From contig OZ234493.1 in NCBI GenBank assembly GCA_965153455.1, positions 14,374,213 to 14,438,212 on the forward strand: 64,000 bases of DNA, in the 5' to 3' direction. Position 1 is the stretch's first letter, and the number at the start of each line of letters is the position of its first letter. The translations under genes were made by a program, and so were the position numbers. The DNA is from Sphagnum compactum (lineage: Eukaryota). The notes under the pieces were generated by a model. The model had not been told where the DNA came from, did no database searches, and saw nothing but the letters and a program-made list of their open reading frames with translations. Of the stretch, positions 14,301 to 25,859 are shown piece by piece.

Positions 14301-15412
14301 TATGTGTTTTTTTGATAGCCCCATTACCACGCATTGATGGCAAGGAATTTTTTCGCCAAGCTAGGTTATTACCAATTTCATGAATATTTCTTAATCTTGG
14401 AGTTGATAAGGCTATGTGGATATTCTAGCATATATGGTTATGGATTTTGAAAAAATGTTTTTCTTAAGTCAAATATACAATTGCATTTGGATTACATTGA
14501 TGTGTCAATAATATGTAATAATATGTATACAATGGAATGGTTCTTGTGAAATCATTTTCAAAGTTATAGTTGAACCCTTATTTTTGAAACATGGAAATTA
14601 ATGTATAATTTTTTTGAGCAATGATAGTTTTAATTCATTTTTTATTAGGTCAAAATCTAAGCAAATGTTTTATGCAGAAACCGCCTATCGTACGAGCAAT
14701 TTAGTTCATTTTTGACAAACATTAAAGAGCTCAACGCGCATCGACAAACTCGTGATGTATGACTACAATGACTACACCTATTTAATGTAATATTGTTATT
14801 ATAAAATCTTGGTTTTCTTGTCATGTTTTTCAAGACATTTGTGATGGTTGTGTTTCATGAATAACAATGATATTTATTTTCACAAAAATACACATATACA
14901 CACTTTGCACACATAACCATGTTATTACTTATGCTTACTTCTTTTGCTTGATTTTTAGGTGACAATTGTGAATTCATACCCAAACTTCAAGTAATCATGA
15001 ACAACTTGCATGTGAACACATATTGTAATTCCCTAGGCTTTGAATATTAATGATAGTGAACATTAGTTTATGTGTACATAACACATAAGTAATTTAATTC
15101 CCCAGTGTTTGAATAAATAAGATGTTTGTCAACTTCAAAGTTGATGAACACATGTGTCTTATGTTGCCTATTATTCATTGATTTGGGTATCTTTTGCTTC
15201 ATGTGAAAGGTGAGTGCCAATCTCGATTAATCATGACCTTTGGGTATCGATAACCTCTTTTTTGTGTGGTGTAGTGTGCTTAAACATAATAAATTTTATG
15301 ATGAATGCAGGAAACATTGAAGAAAGCCAATGATATTTTTGGCCATGTCAACAATGATTTGTTTCAAGTGTTTCAAGAACTTATTAATAAATACCTTGAC
15401 CCAATCACCTAA
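11337..15412 (+). CDS. At4g15545-like (NAIP family) coiled-coil protein; exons 11337-11609, 11894-11962, 12309-12363, 13577-13678, 14319-14364, 14678-14756, 15311-15412
   Basis: N-terminal LPSDPYEQLEVARQIT, coiled coil ending LTRDVAKLDAFKR, and C-terminal RIDGKEFFRQARNRLSYEQFSSFLTNIKELNAHRQTRDETLKKANDIFG. All junctions are GT-AG and in frame. Confidence 0.88.
12976..13200. repeat. 27-bp intronic minisatellite (about 6-8 degenerate copies)
   Basis: Unit approx. ccaaagtcaccatgtgaacaaaatact. It explains the spurious 9-aa-repeat ORFs at 12921-13259. Confidence 0.85.
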
Positions 15413-17102
15413 TAATTTGGTTGATGATAATTGAAATAAAACATTGATTCATTATTATGGTTGTTTATTGACATGAAATTTGAACTTTGCCAAATGTCAA
15501 ACCTGATGTTGCAAATTATATGTACCTATGTGTTTAAACTTCAACAATTTGTAATGGAAATTTAGAATTTCAATTAATTTTCTTTGAAAAAAATCCTTAT
15601 TTAAATCATCTATATGTAGGTATCAATATTTATGATGTCTTGAAGTTGTTGGCCCTAATTTTGTGGTGTCACATACTTAATAGGATTCAAAGAATACATT
15701 ATTTAAGCAATATCCATACTACCCAACAACGTTCTATGTATTTATAAATTGTATTTGGTCATTGGTGGTTTTATTTATCGGGGGTATACATTATAAACTA
15801 TCACTAAAATATGTAACTTTATATTTATTTATGGATTAAGAAATACAACAACCTTGGTTGGGTATTTGAGAAATTTATTATAATGATAATTAACTAATGC
15901 ATATTTGCATACCATGTAACACCTATAAAGTTGAAGTTACTCCCCATATTTTGGTTCATTTTCATTTTGTTAAATTTAATTGTTTTAAAAAAATTGTGAA
16001 CAACTTTGAATTTTCAAATTTTAAAGGAATGAAAAATAAATTTCAATTAACATGAACAATCACAAAAATTACAAAGGTAATACGATTTTACATATATTGA
16101 ATACATAACTTGTGAACAATTCAATCAAACATTTGTGGGTGTTAAATTATGAGTTAATGTAGGAGAATTTTGATTTCACAATTGTTGATCAATTATCATG
16201 AATCCACATTTTTTTTAAGTGTTCCAAAATTTTGTCACAATGTCACCTTTTTATATTTTTTGCCTAATCATTTTTTACCATGTAGAGACACAAAATGAAT
16301 GATAATGATGAATTTTAAAATTGTAATTGTCTAAAATATGGTATTCATAAAATATTTGACATTTTTTGATTCATTAATATTCATGGGGACCAAAATATAG
16401 GAAAAAAATTGCATTAAGGACTAGGTCATTTTCATCATAAATGGTACACCTCAAAGGATTTTCACCCTCATTAATTGTTAGAAATTTTAGCAATTTAAAA
16501 TATAAGAAAATCTTGGAAGCTTTTTTAAATTTAAACTTCATAAAAGTGTTCTATAATCTAAAATTTCCTTATAAATTTTTTTATAATGTAATTTTTATTG
16601 TGTAATTCATATTACATTTTAGCTTAATTTAATAAAAAAATACACTATGAACCATGAAGGTTTTTTCCTACATTGGAAGGTTGTACATACAAATGTTTTT
16701 CATAATAACCAACCTTTAGCCCTTGAACCTTTCTCAAATTTCATTTTTAGGAAATATTTCCATGAAATGTAAACCAACTTGCATGAAGGTACATTTGACA
16801 TTATGGTAAGCCAAAAAATAAGCCTTCTATGTTACTATTGTGACTAGTGATCATGCAACATGAAGACCCTTTCTAAACCATGAACTTGTCATAAAAGATG
16901 GATTGTACAAATCAAATTCTTAATACATTTGTTCCCTGAAATGATTTTTTATAGAATTAATATTCCTTGTCAAATGAAAAAAAAGGATATGCATATAAAA
17001 GTTTTAAACAAAAAAAAATTTATTCAAGTTCTCTTTTGACTCCTTTTGATTGCCAAGATTTTAATACTTCATTATAATCAAAATCCATATGTTGTGGAAC
17101 TA

Positions 17103-17277
17103 TGTTGTGAAGTGCAGTGTCGTGACGTTCGGTGTCGTAAGGGTGTAAATCCATAATAAACTCTATTGAATAGAAAGATTAAAACTAATCAAAGGTAAAA
17201 ACTAATCAACCAAAAAGATATGCACTCACATATATATACAATGCACAAGAGGAGGCTGAGATGAAATTCTCATGTAT
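17103..17277 (-). repeat. Terminal repeat block A (copy 2, 3' end of the element, 175 bp)
   Basis: Direct repeat of 17585-17759, about 15 mismatches in 175 bp by hand count, mostly transitions. Confidence 0.9.
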
Positions 17278-17582
17278 AATTAAATTGTAAAAATAAAATT
17301 AAAAAATGTAATGTATGTAAACGGTGGCCATGTAATAGCCGTGAGCATCTAAAAATCCAATCTGACTATGGAAGAAACTCTCCCTGACAAAGGAATTCTA
17401 AAAAAATTAATAAGAGAAGGGAAAAATTTGGCTTTTTATACAGCCTCAACAAGCTGAACAAGCCATAACCCTAAAACACCTAATAGCGCATATTAACCTA
17501 AGAACATACATTAACCCTAAAGGCATGATTGGCATGCCTGTAACTAGTCGTCATGTATGAGGCCATGCATATGGGCATGACA
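17278..17582 (-). repeat. Terminal repeat block B (copy 2, about 305 bp)
   Basis: Direct repeat of 25860-26173, e.g. shared gtatgtaaacggtggcc, atctgactatggaagaaactctccctgacaaaggaattct and gggcatgaca. Confidence 0.9.
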
Positions 17583-17584
17583 AT

Positions 17585-17759
17585 TGTCGTGACGTGTAGT
17601 GTCGTGACGTTCGGTGTCATAAGGGTGTAAATCCATAGTAAACTCTACTGAACAAAAAGACTAAAATTAATCAAAGGTAAAAACTAATCAACCAAAAAGA
17701 GATGCACGCACATATATATACAATGCATTAGAGAAGGCTGAGATGAAATTCTCATGTAT
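17585..17759 (-). repeat. Terminal repeat block A (copy 1, internal)
   Basis: Matches 17103-17277. On the element strand it is preceded by a G-tract (C-run at 17760-17767) and ends ...CACGACA. Confidence 0.9.
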
Positions 17760-17808
17760 CCCCCCCCAGACCTGAACCGGGAAAAACATGGCATGGTCTG
17801 AGCAAAAA

Positions 17809-17965
17809 TCAAGGTGCTGCAGGAGAACATGATGAACAGTACCAAATGCCAACGGGAACTTGAGTGAGTTTCGGCTTGAGGCAGAATAGACGGTATTCAC
17901 CATTACAATTATCGCAAAGCAACATCTGATCAACATCGTCTGTTCTCTGACATACCTGACATGGA
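17809..17965 (-). pseudogene. PHD finger at the C-terminus of the retroelement Pol
   Basis: CQVCQRTDDVDQMLLCDNCNGEYRLFCLKPKLTQVPVGIWYCSSC fits C4-H-C3 with the conserved W. The His position is Arg in this copy. Confidence 0.88.
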
Positions 17966-18049
17966 TAATCAAATGGAGGAATCCAAGTCAACGTGATGAT
18001 GGTAGGATCCAAGTTCAATAAGTGGCAAGGCGCACAATTTTTGGAGTGA

Positions 18050-19050
18050 TCCCAAATTGTGCATCCGTCAGTTCTTTACAACTCCAACACACTTGAAGGC
18101 CCGATCGCCTTAATCCTCAAGATAGTGCAATCGAAAGAAGTGTCTAGAATATCATTAGGTTGCCACTAAAAATACACAAAATCACCAACATCAAATTGTT
18201 TCACCTTAGGTTTATAACTGCCACCTCGTGTGTGTGCATATAGTAAGGTGTTTCGATGTTGTGCAATGGACAAGTTCTCCATGGCCATGGGCATAACCCT
18301 CCTGAATAGAGCTGTCCTCTTTGGAATGACCCTAGCCCAAGTGGCTGGGGAGTCCAAATCCACAACCTAGTCCATTTGAGCAATAATGGAAGAGGGTGGA
18401 ATGGGATGTCTCCCAAAAAGTAGAAAGTAAGGAGAGAAATGAAACAAAGAGGCGTGTTTGGACATCCTATAACCCATGGCGATGTAAGGTAGGGCCAGGT
18501 CCCAATCCTCTTTGTTCCTAGTGAGGCAAATCTTTCGCAGTCCCTTCTTGCATGTCTGAATGATCCTTTCTACAAGGCCATCAGCGTGGGGATGATCCAT
18601 TGAAGTTCAGCAATGGTCAATGAGAGCATGATCAAGTAGGTATTGGAATTTTCCTCTGAATTATGATCCCTGATCAGTAATGCACTCAGCATAAGCCCCA
18701 AAACTACTTAGGACCTGTTGTAAGAAAGCCTGGCTGGTGCTATGTGATGACTTGTCCGGCAGTGCAACAAGCTTAATCATAATCATGATGTAGACATTAC
18801 CCCTAGAGGTCTATGGTAACTCTTCAGCTAAATCACATGACCAACGATAGAACATGCCCTAAATAGGGAGTGGAGAAAGTGTGAGTTGTCGAGAGGAAAA
18901 GGAAGTTCTCACTCTATCACATTATTCACACCTAGCAATGATGTCTCGGACTTGAACATACATACCTCTCCAATGGTAATGAGGAGTGAGAAGGCTATAA
19001 GTACGCTTAACTCCAAAGTGTCAAAGCTCTGAGTGTACCTTTTGAATAAG
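18050..19050 (-). pseudogene. Retroelement DDE integrase (disrupted)
   Basis: HHCC region (HSEL*HFGVKRTY...WRGMY...C..C), core ITDQGS*FRG and HPHADGLVERIIQTCK...WDLALPYIAMGYR...SPYFLLFGRHP, then C-terminal KQFDVGDFVY and a GP motif. Confidence 0.88.
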
Positions 19051-19399
19051 ACCAGGCCATTCATGTGGTGGAGGAATCACTCTGTCGCCTTGTGGTAAGC
19101 ATCGGACGAGGTGATTGTCCCTCCATGAGTAGCATTTCGACCGTTGTTGTATGCGATCTCGTTGACTTGATGTAACTTGGGGAAGGTATTCCCCATGCTG
19201 AAGAAACTTCAAAGTGTCCAAGTCCTCCCATATATCCACAATGGGATGTTCAACCAGGTTACATTACAGTAGTGCAAGATAACTAAATGCATAAGATACA
19301 TGTACTGCTGAAATCTAGTCGAAGTTTTGCCTGGCTTTCGATAAATCAGGTAGTGAAGGGTCTCCGCGACGTGGTATCTGCGTTCTGATGTGTAATACC

Positions 19400-20710
19400 A
19401 AGTCGATGAATAACCTTGAACTCATACTTTTGAAGTATAAGCGCCCAACGAGCTAACTTACCAGTAAGCTTGTCGTTGGTCATCAACCACTTGATAAGCT
19501 GGTGGTCGATATACAAAGTGAACTTGGTGCCATAAAGATAGGGCTTGAAATGTATGACGGCCCATATAACAACAAAACACTCCCCCTCGTAAGAAGAGTA
19601 GTTGCTTTCAGCCTTGTTGTTGCTTTAGAATGCATAGGCGATAACATATTCCTTGCCTTCCTCATCAAGTTGGCCAAGAATAACACTAATACCAAGAGCA
19701 TTCCAGTTAGTGTGTAGAATGAAGACCTTGTTAAAATCAGGTCTTCTCAGAATGGGGAACTCTAAAAGCTTTTCCTTGAGTGTGTTGAAAGCTTCCTGAG
19801 CCTCTTCATTCCATGTCCAAGCAACATCCTTCTTTAACAATGCATAGAGAGGATGAGCAATAGTACTGAAGTCTTGGACATAAATCCTATAGTATTTACA
19901 TAGTTTGATGAAGCTCCTCAAAATGTGAACATTAGTAGGAGTGGGCATCTCCAAAATGGCTACTACTTTGGCCCAATGAGCCATAATACCATTTGGCAAA
20001 ATTATGTGGCCAAGGTAGACTACTGAAGTGACAACAAACTCACACTTTTTAGGATGGATTTTCATATTGACCTCGTGGAGCCTCTTGAATAACTCCTCAA
20101 GATGAGCCAAGTGCTGTAGGAGTCCCTTGCTATGCACTAGGATGTCATCTATGTAGCATTTCAAGAAATCTGCCCCTTCAAGAACCTAGTCCATGACTTG
20201 CTAAAAGAAGACATGTGCATATTTTAATCCAAAAGGCATCACAAGCCATTCCCACAACTTGTTGCTTCCATGGAATGTCGTTTTCTTACAATCCTTTGCA
20301 ACGAGCAGAATCTGGTTGAAGCTTGCCTTAGATCCACAATTGTGAAGATGTTTGAGTCTCCAATGTTATCAAATAAATTTTCAAGGATGGGCATGGGGTA
20401 CTTGTCCTGAGGTGTAACCAGGTTCAAAGGCTTATAATCCCCGTACATCCTTTTCTCAGTCCATAATCGAGTTGAATCCTTCTTTGTTGGCATTATTGTA
20501 GCGGCTACAAAATCAGAAGTTGATGGCTGAATGAGACCAGCCTCATGGAGCTTTTTTCATCTTTCATCTACTAGTTCCCATTCATGCTTGTTCAACCTAT
20601 GCCTCTTCCGATAGATGGGTGTTTCATGTGTAAGGTCTATAGAGAACTGCATGGTCTTACACCTACCTAAGTCTTTCATTGAGAATGCGAACACATTCTC
20701 ATACTCAATT
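19400..20710 (-). pseudogene. Reverse transcriptase and RNase H (disrupted), Ty3/Gypsy type
   Basis: RMYGDYKPLNLVTPQDKYPMP, VMPFGLK, YIDDILVHS, KKCEF...YLGH, LLKKDVAWTW; RNase H FILHTNWNALGISVILGQ...VIAYA; KLARWALILQ. Confidence 0.92.
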
Positions 20711-21064
20711 AGCAAGTCTGTGACCTGGTCTCTCTCCTTTTTGGTGAGCTAGTTCCCCATAACGAAAGGGTAGTTGGAAACACATGGAATGGAGTTAGAA
20801 AGTGTGTTTGAAGAACCTGGTGTATTGAGTTCTCCATTATCCAATTACGCAGATTTGTAAAAGGTTGTAATTGTTTCTCTAGAAATTGATGTACCTCCAG
20901 GTGTATCAGACACAACTTGAGTCAAATTACATGGTACCTCCTCCCCCCCAACATTAAGAGTGAAGTCTTGAGTGTTGAAGATAGGCAAGTGTACTTGGTC
21001 GGGGTGCCATGTAGTTGCATCGCCAGAACTACAAGCGGATTGAATCAGTGCTGGTGTTGTGTAC

Positions 21065-22030
21065 ATTTGAAAGAGTACACAGGTTACCAACAACCATGTA
21101 AGGGAGTTCAAGTCCATGCCTCTCCCCAGTAGAGTGTTACGTTCCAATCTAGTCACCTTGGTGTGACTAGTAGTGCTAGTTTGGAACCCCATAGCCCTTT
21201 CTCTTTCTTCTGGGCTTGGTTCATCCCAAGTTGTTGAAACATGACGATATACCAGGCCTGGTCCATCTCCCTGAAAGGCGTGTGCTCCTAGGAAGGAGAC
21301 GAAGGTGGGCCAAACACCTCTTGGTTTTCCTATTGTGTTCGTAGGAAACCAAAGAGGTTTCTTTTGCCTTGTAACTAGTTGGCAGGAACTCTGATCATCC
21401 AATATGTGAAAAACATGCAGATTGGGGTCTTTGATGGTGTATTTCATAACCAACTGCAAAACTGAAAATGGTGCAAGGTTGGTCCACCAGTTGCGTAGTC
21501 GGTGCGCATAGGAATCACATTGTGCCGCATTGAATAGGAGCGGTTCTCCAAGGTAATGCTTGACCAACGTGTAGTGCTCCAGGACTTTCTCCCTCTGGTC
21601 AAGCTGAGAAGGGTGTTCTCAATTACATAACCAAGCGTAGGAGAAATGGGTTGAGCCCAGTTGATCATGTCCATGAAGAGACTGTATCTTGTGTCACTCA
21701 AGCCTTCTCCAAATCCAGCCACTGAAAATCCTTGACACTCCCAACCTGAAATGATGAGGTCCACGGGGCCAAGTAATTCCATATGCTTCTTTTGAATTAG
21801 TTGAATGTTAGAAGGCAAGAAAGTGAAACTGGCCTTCCATGTGATGGTTGCAAATTGTTGTGGAAATCTGGCTGTGAGCTCCATCATTGTCGATGTCGCC
21901 ACTTACCTTGCAATAGGATTAATGTCTACGTAGAAATACCTCCGAACCACCATCCCAGACTATAACAGGGCTTCAAGACCTGTACCAATACCACCAAAGA
22001 ACTCTAGTAATGTAATCCCCTCCTTAGGCG
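21065..22030 (-). pseudogene. DNMT3-like C5 cytosine DNA methyltransferase domain embedded in Pol between protease and RT
   Basis: Motif I LLEFFGGIGTG, II YFYVDINPIA, IV DLIISGWECQGFSVAG, VI YVIEN, VIII DSYAHRLRNWWTNL, IX PEERERAMGF, X RLERNTLLGRGM. Canonical I-X order; two in-frame stops and one frameshift. Confidence 0.88.
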
Positions 22031-22379
22031 ATGTCCAGGTGATCAGCTGATGAAGTACTAACTTAATCGGTTTGGCATGGCTTTCCATGTTCTCAAAAGT
22101 AGACAGAGTTTTGACCAAGGGCTTGTGGGCTGCTTTGAACCTCTGTAAAACTTCTAGTCCCTGTTGAATGTCCGTAGGAACCACCCTCGGGCTTTCAGTA
22201 GCTTGGGCATAAGCTGTCTCCTCTTCATGTCCCTTTATCCACTCGTGGCTAGTTTATTGGATGTAGGAAATGGTGTGTGCTTCCTTGAGCATACAATGGT
22301 GAGCCATAGGACTATGCTTTCCATGTAAATCAAGAGGTATGTATCCCAAGTGGTGACCATCAGTCTCCCAATCCACTTG

Positions 22380-22720
22380 GTAGTACGCATGCTCGAACCA
22401 GTTGTCAATTGTGAAACCTGGTGGAAACAGGGCCTCTTGCCCAATGAGCACATCATAATTGGTGGCATTGGTGATTAAACATCTGACATGTAGGCAAAGC
22501 TCCTGATCTGTACCTTCATTGAAGTTAAGTGTAATCAAATCCGAGCTCTCCCGAAGTACCTCCTCTACATTCCCACTAGTAATGCGAATTTGCCACATAG
22601 ATTTTCGTAGTTTGGAGTCAAGCATGCCCATCTTCTTGGCGAATTCAACTCCAAGAATCACTAGTTGGGCACATGTATCAAGAAGTACCACTCTGAATGT
22701 ATGTCCTCCCACCTGGATTG
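22380..22720 (-). pseudogene. Retroelement aspartic protease
   Basis: IQVGGHTFRVVLLDTCAQLVILG (D-T-G-A-like site) and downstream YDVLIGQEAL, within ORF 22254-23180. Confidence 0.8.
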
Positions 22721-23894
22721 CTGACTTAGTATTGTTGACAATGGCAACCCTAGTGACGATGGAAGTTCTCTCACTAGGCTCCACCTTCGGAAATGAGCGA
22801 GAGACTTTGTGGAGAGAATGGCTATCTACAACGCCTTTGCTGAGTAACAAATCCATAAATGAGGTGTTCTTAGTTCCCTTTTGATATGTGAATGTATAAT
22901 CAAAGGTAGGAGAGCCCACTAATTTAGCCATGTTAAAACTAGTGACCAGATTACGAACGCCATTTGCAACATGTGAGCCAATCGAATGTCTCTCCAAGGT
23001 GTTGGATGGGACCCTTGTAACATGTGGATCAGGGATTGGCAGAGGACCTGATGTAGTGTTCAGGGTATCTTTTAGTACTACAATTATGTCCCTGGAGCTT
23101 AGCTTCAAATCTTGAAAACTAAACAACGGTGTACTCACAAGTTTTTGTGCCACTTCACGTATTTGAAGTTGGCACTCCATAAACTGATTAGTGGAAAATT
23201 GTGTGTTTTCCTGATGTACATGTATTCTTGGGGCACGAGAATTTGATACCTTAGCAGCTTATGGTGTAGTAATATCCTCCCCCCTCGCCAAAAGGTGCGT
23301 TCTTCTTGCGTGTTAAGAGGACGAAAAGATTATGGCATGACTGCTCGAGCTCCTCTAGCCTTGGTAATAGGACTTGAACCAAATGCGAGTCCAATAGTCT
23401 GAATTACCTACCTAGTGGCAGAAACTCTGGGTGCCACATTAGCTTTTGTGCCAGAAGTAAGAAGGGCAAAAAGAAGTGGCAAATTTTAGTGTGAGACTAA
23501 AATTGTGTGCACGGAAAAGAACATACTCCCCAACCATGGCATCATGTGAGAGGCCATAGAATGACCTAGAAGGTCCCTCTTGTGATCCTGAACCCCATAC
23601 AGGTTGGGCATGACTAGCTGGTTGGGAAGACTTGCTTTTTATATTAGCAAGTTGGGCCTTTAATGATTCGAGTTCATTTTGCAAAGTGTAAGCTTGAGCG
23701 ACATGGGCTTGTAGCACCTCCCTCTTGTCAGCATTTTGCTCTTTCTTCTTAGCATTCTTACTAGAATTACCCTTGGTGGGGAAAGCCTGAGTGGAAGGCT
23801 GAAGTGCCTTGGTTTTTGGTTGAGGGGCAGTGGAAGATGCTAATAGATTTTGCAGTGGTAATTGGAGTTATTTCCGTTCTGGGAACTTGGCAAA

Positions 23895-24869
23895 ACAAAC
23901 AACTTCCTGATGTTTTTCTTTCTCACAATAATCACAAAAGAGATCTTCGGAAGGAATGTTGCATTCAATAGCTTTGTGGGCAGGATTGCCACAATAGTTG
24001 CAAGAAGGTAGGATGGGTGCAACTGAGTGCATCGCTTTAGCCCTTGAAGAAGAATGTGATGATCTGGTTGTCGCAGCTAGTGGAGGCTAAGGCTTTGAAC
24101 ATGATGGAGGCCTCATAATACTGGCTTCATAGTGTGCATGAGCTAGTTCCAGCTTTTCAGAAATGTTGTACACATCCAACAAAGTGTACGAGTCTTTAAA
24201 TTCTGCAAAAACTCGTTGCAAAACCTACGCATGGACTGTCGAAGTACCTTTCAACGAACGAAGATATTGATGGGCAGCTTCTAGGTCTGTGATGCTCTAA
24301 GTATCCTCTTTGAACTTGAGAAGCCTCCTATAGACCATCTTGAGGGTTTCATCTTTCTGCTAAGAGAAGGTGGCGAGCTGCAAATTTTTTTCAGAATTCT
24401 TAACCGGAAATTTCAACTCAAGAAATCGAAAGAATTCCCCCACTAGATTAGCAAAAGCTGGTGCATCGATGGTGGGAGGAATGTTTATGGTAGCAGCAAT
24501 GAGTTGTTGAGGAAAAAAATTTACTAAATTAGGTACTAAATTTAGATTATTGGGCACAGTCCCATGATGTGCAATGGCAACCTGTAGTGCAGCTTGAGAG
24601 GTGGTGGCGATGGCTGTGGCATAAGCTAGATTGGGGATCTGAGTGACGCCCAAAATCCTCGGAGAATGTTGCTCATAAACATCTAATGCCTCATAGTGCA
24701 CATAATGGGCCAGTTGTTTGAATGCAAATGCCTCGGTGTAATCAGCGCCATACTTGAGCTCCAATTCACAAACCATAGTTGAGAAAGTTGCTTTGAATTC
24801 CCTCAAAGAAATGGTACCTGGCCTTCCGTTGAACTTCTCAATTCTCCCAAAGGAACTACTGACCTCCAT
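23895..24869 (-). pseudogene. Gag-like region with two CCHC zinc knuckles
   Basis: IEKFNGRPGTISLREFK Gag-like N-terminus; CNYCGNPAHKAIEC and CDYCEKEKHQEVVC (both CX2CX4HX4C) at about 24003-23895. Confidence 0.8.
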
Positions 24870-25859
24870 GGTGTATATGGGGTGTAGAGGTAACGGCTTG
24901 CAACGGAATATACGGTGATGGTATGAAAGCAAGTGCGGTAGCAGGTGTACCCCACTGATTAACCCCTCCAAATGGACTTTAATGTACCGTTGATGTAGTG
25001 TAACCTGAACTTGAATTCTTGGTAAGAGTTGTATTGAATGACGGTGGCGTTGTAGATGCTTTGATGGTACTATCGTGAAGATCATGAGTTCAAAGAAATC
25101 GGCTCAAAGGATGATACCTTGGCTCTGGCTGAGTGGTAGTGTTCTCATCATTCGAGGACATGGTGTTATCCCATGCCCCAAAATTTTGTAGCAATACAGA
25201 ACACTAGTTACAAAGTTCTAACACAACGTACGGTTTGAAGAATACGGTGCGTCGACAGGGATGAATAGCGATGGACAGACGTCTGTGGCCAGACGTCGGT
25301 GGACGAAAGGGGCTAAACGAACGAAACCAGACGGACGGACGTCGATTGCAACGGACGACGACGTAATAGATCGCCAATGAGCTCTCCAGCGATGGCGGGT
25401 GACGACGCGATGGACGCCGCGCTACAGATTGCCTGAGAGCTTTACAACAATGGCATGCAAAATTATTATTATTATATTCTTCTTGCTTGACACTGCACTT
25501 GGTTCTAACAACTTCAAGAGTCTTTAAGGCTTCCTCCACCTCCTCCTGTGTCTCTGCGCAAAAAAGAGTGTTATTTTCTCTTCTCGTGCTGTAGCACGCA
25601 CACACGCACGTGCGCTCAACACTTCTCGAGCGCCTCTTCGGAATAGCAGGAGTTTGTCCAATCTTCACTTCAAAAGCATTCAGGGGTGGCAACCTCATAC
25701 ATTGAGACACAACAATTGAAAGCTCGAGAGTAGTAACAACAACAACAACACCAGCAATAACAGCAACAACAACACTAGCAACAAAAGAAACCCAAGAAAC
25801 TCAAAGCCAAGAAAAATTTGTCGTTTTCAACATTAAGCAACAAAGAGCAGTTTTTCTAG

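Noticed and set aside
17809-19050. Possibility that the split-repeat element is a DIRS/Ngaro tyrosine-recombinase element
   Set aside because: No tyrosine recombinase motif was seen. An aspartic protease, an HHCC/DDE integrase, TG..CA ends and a TSD are present instead.
21065-22030. Possibility that the methyltransferase is a host DRM/CMT gene or bacterial contamination
   Set aside because: It is intronless, in frame with the retroelement protease, inside TSD-bounded termini, decayed like the rest of Pol, and has a non-permuted motif order without a chromodomain.
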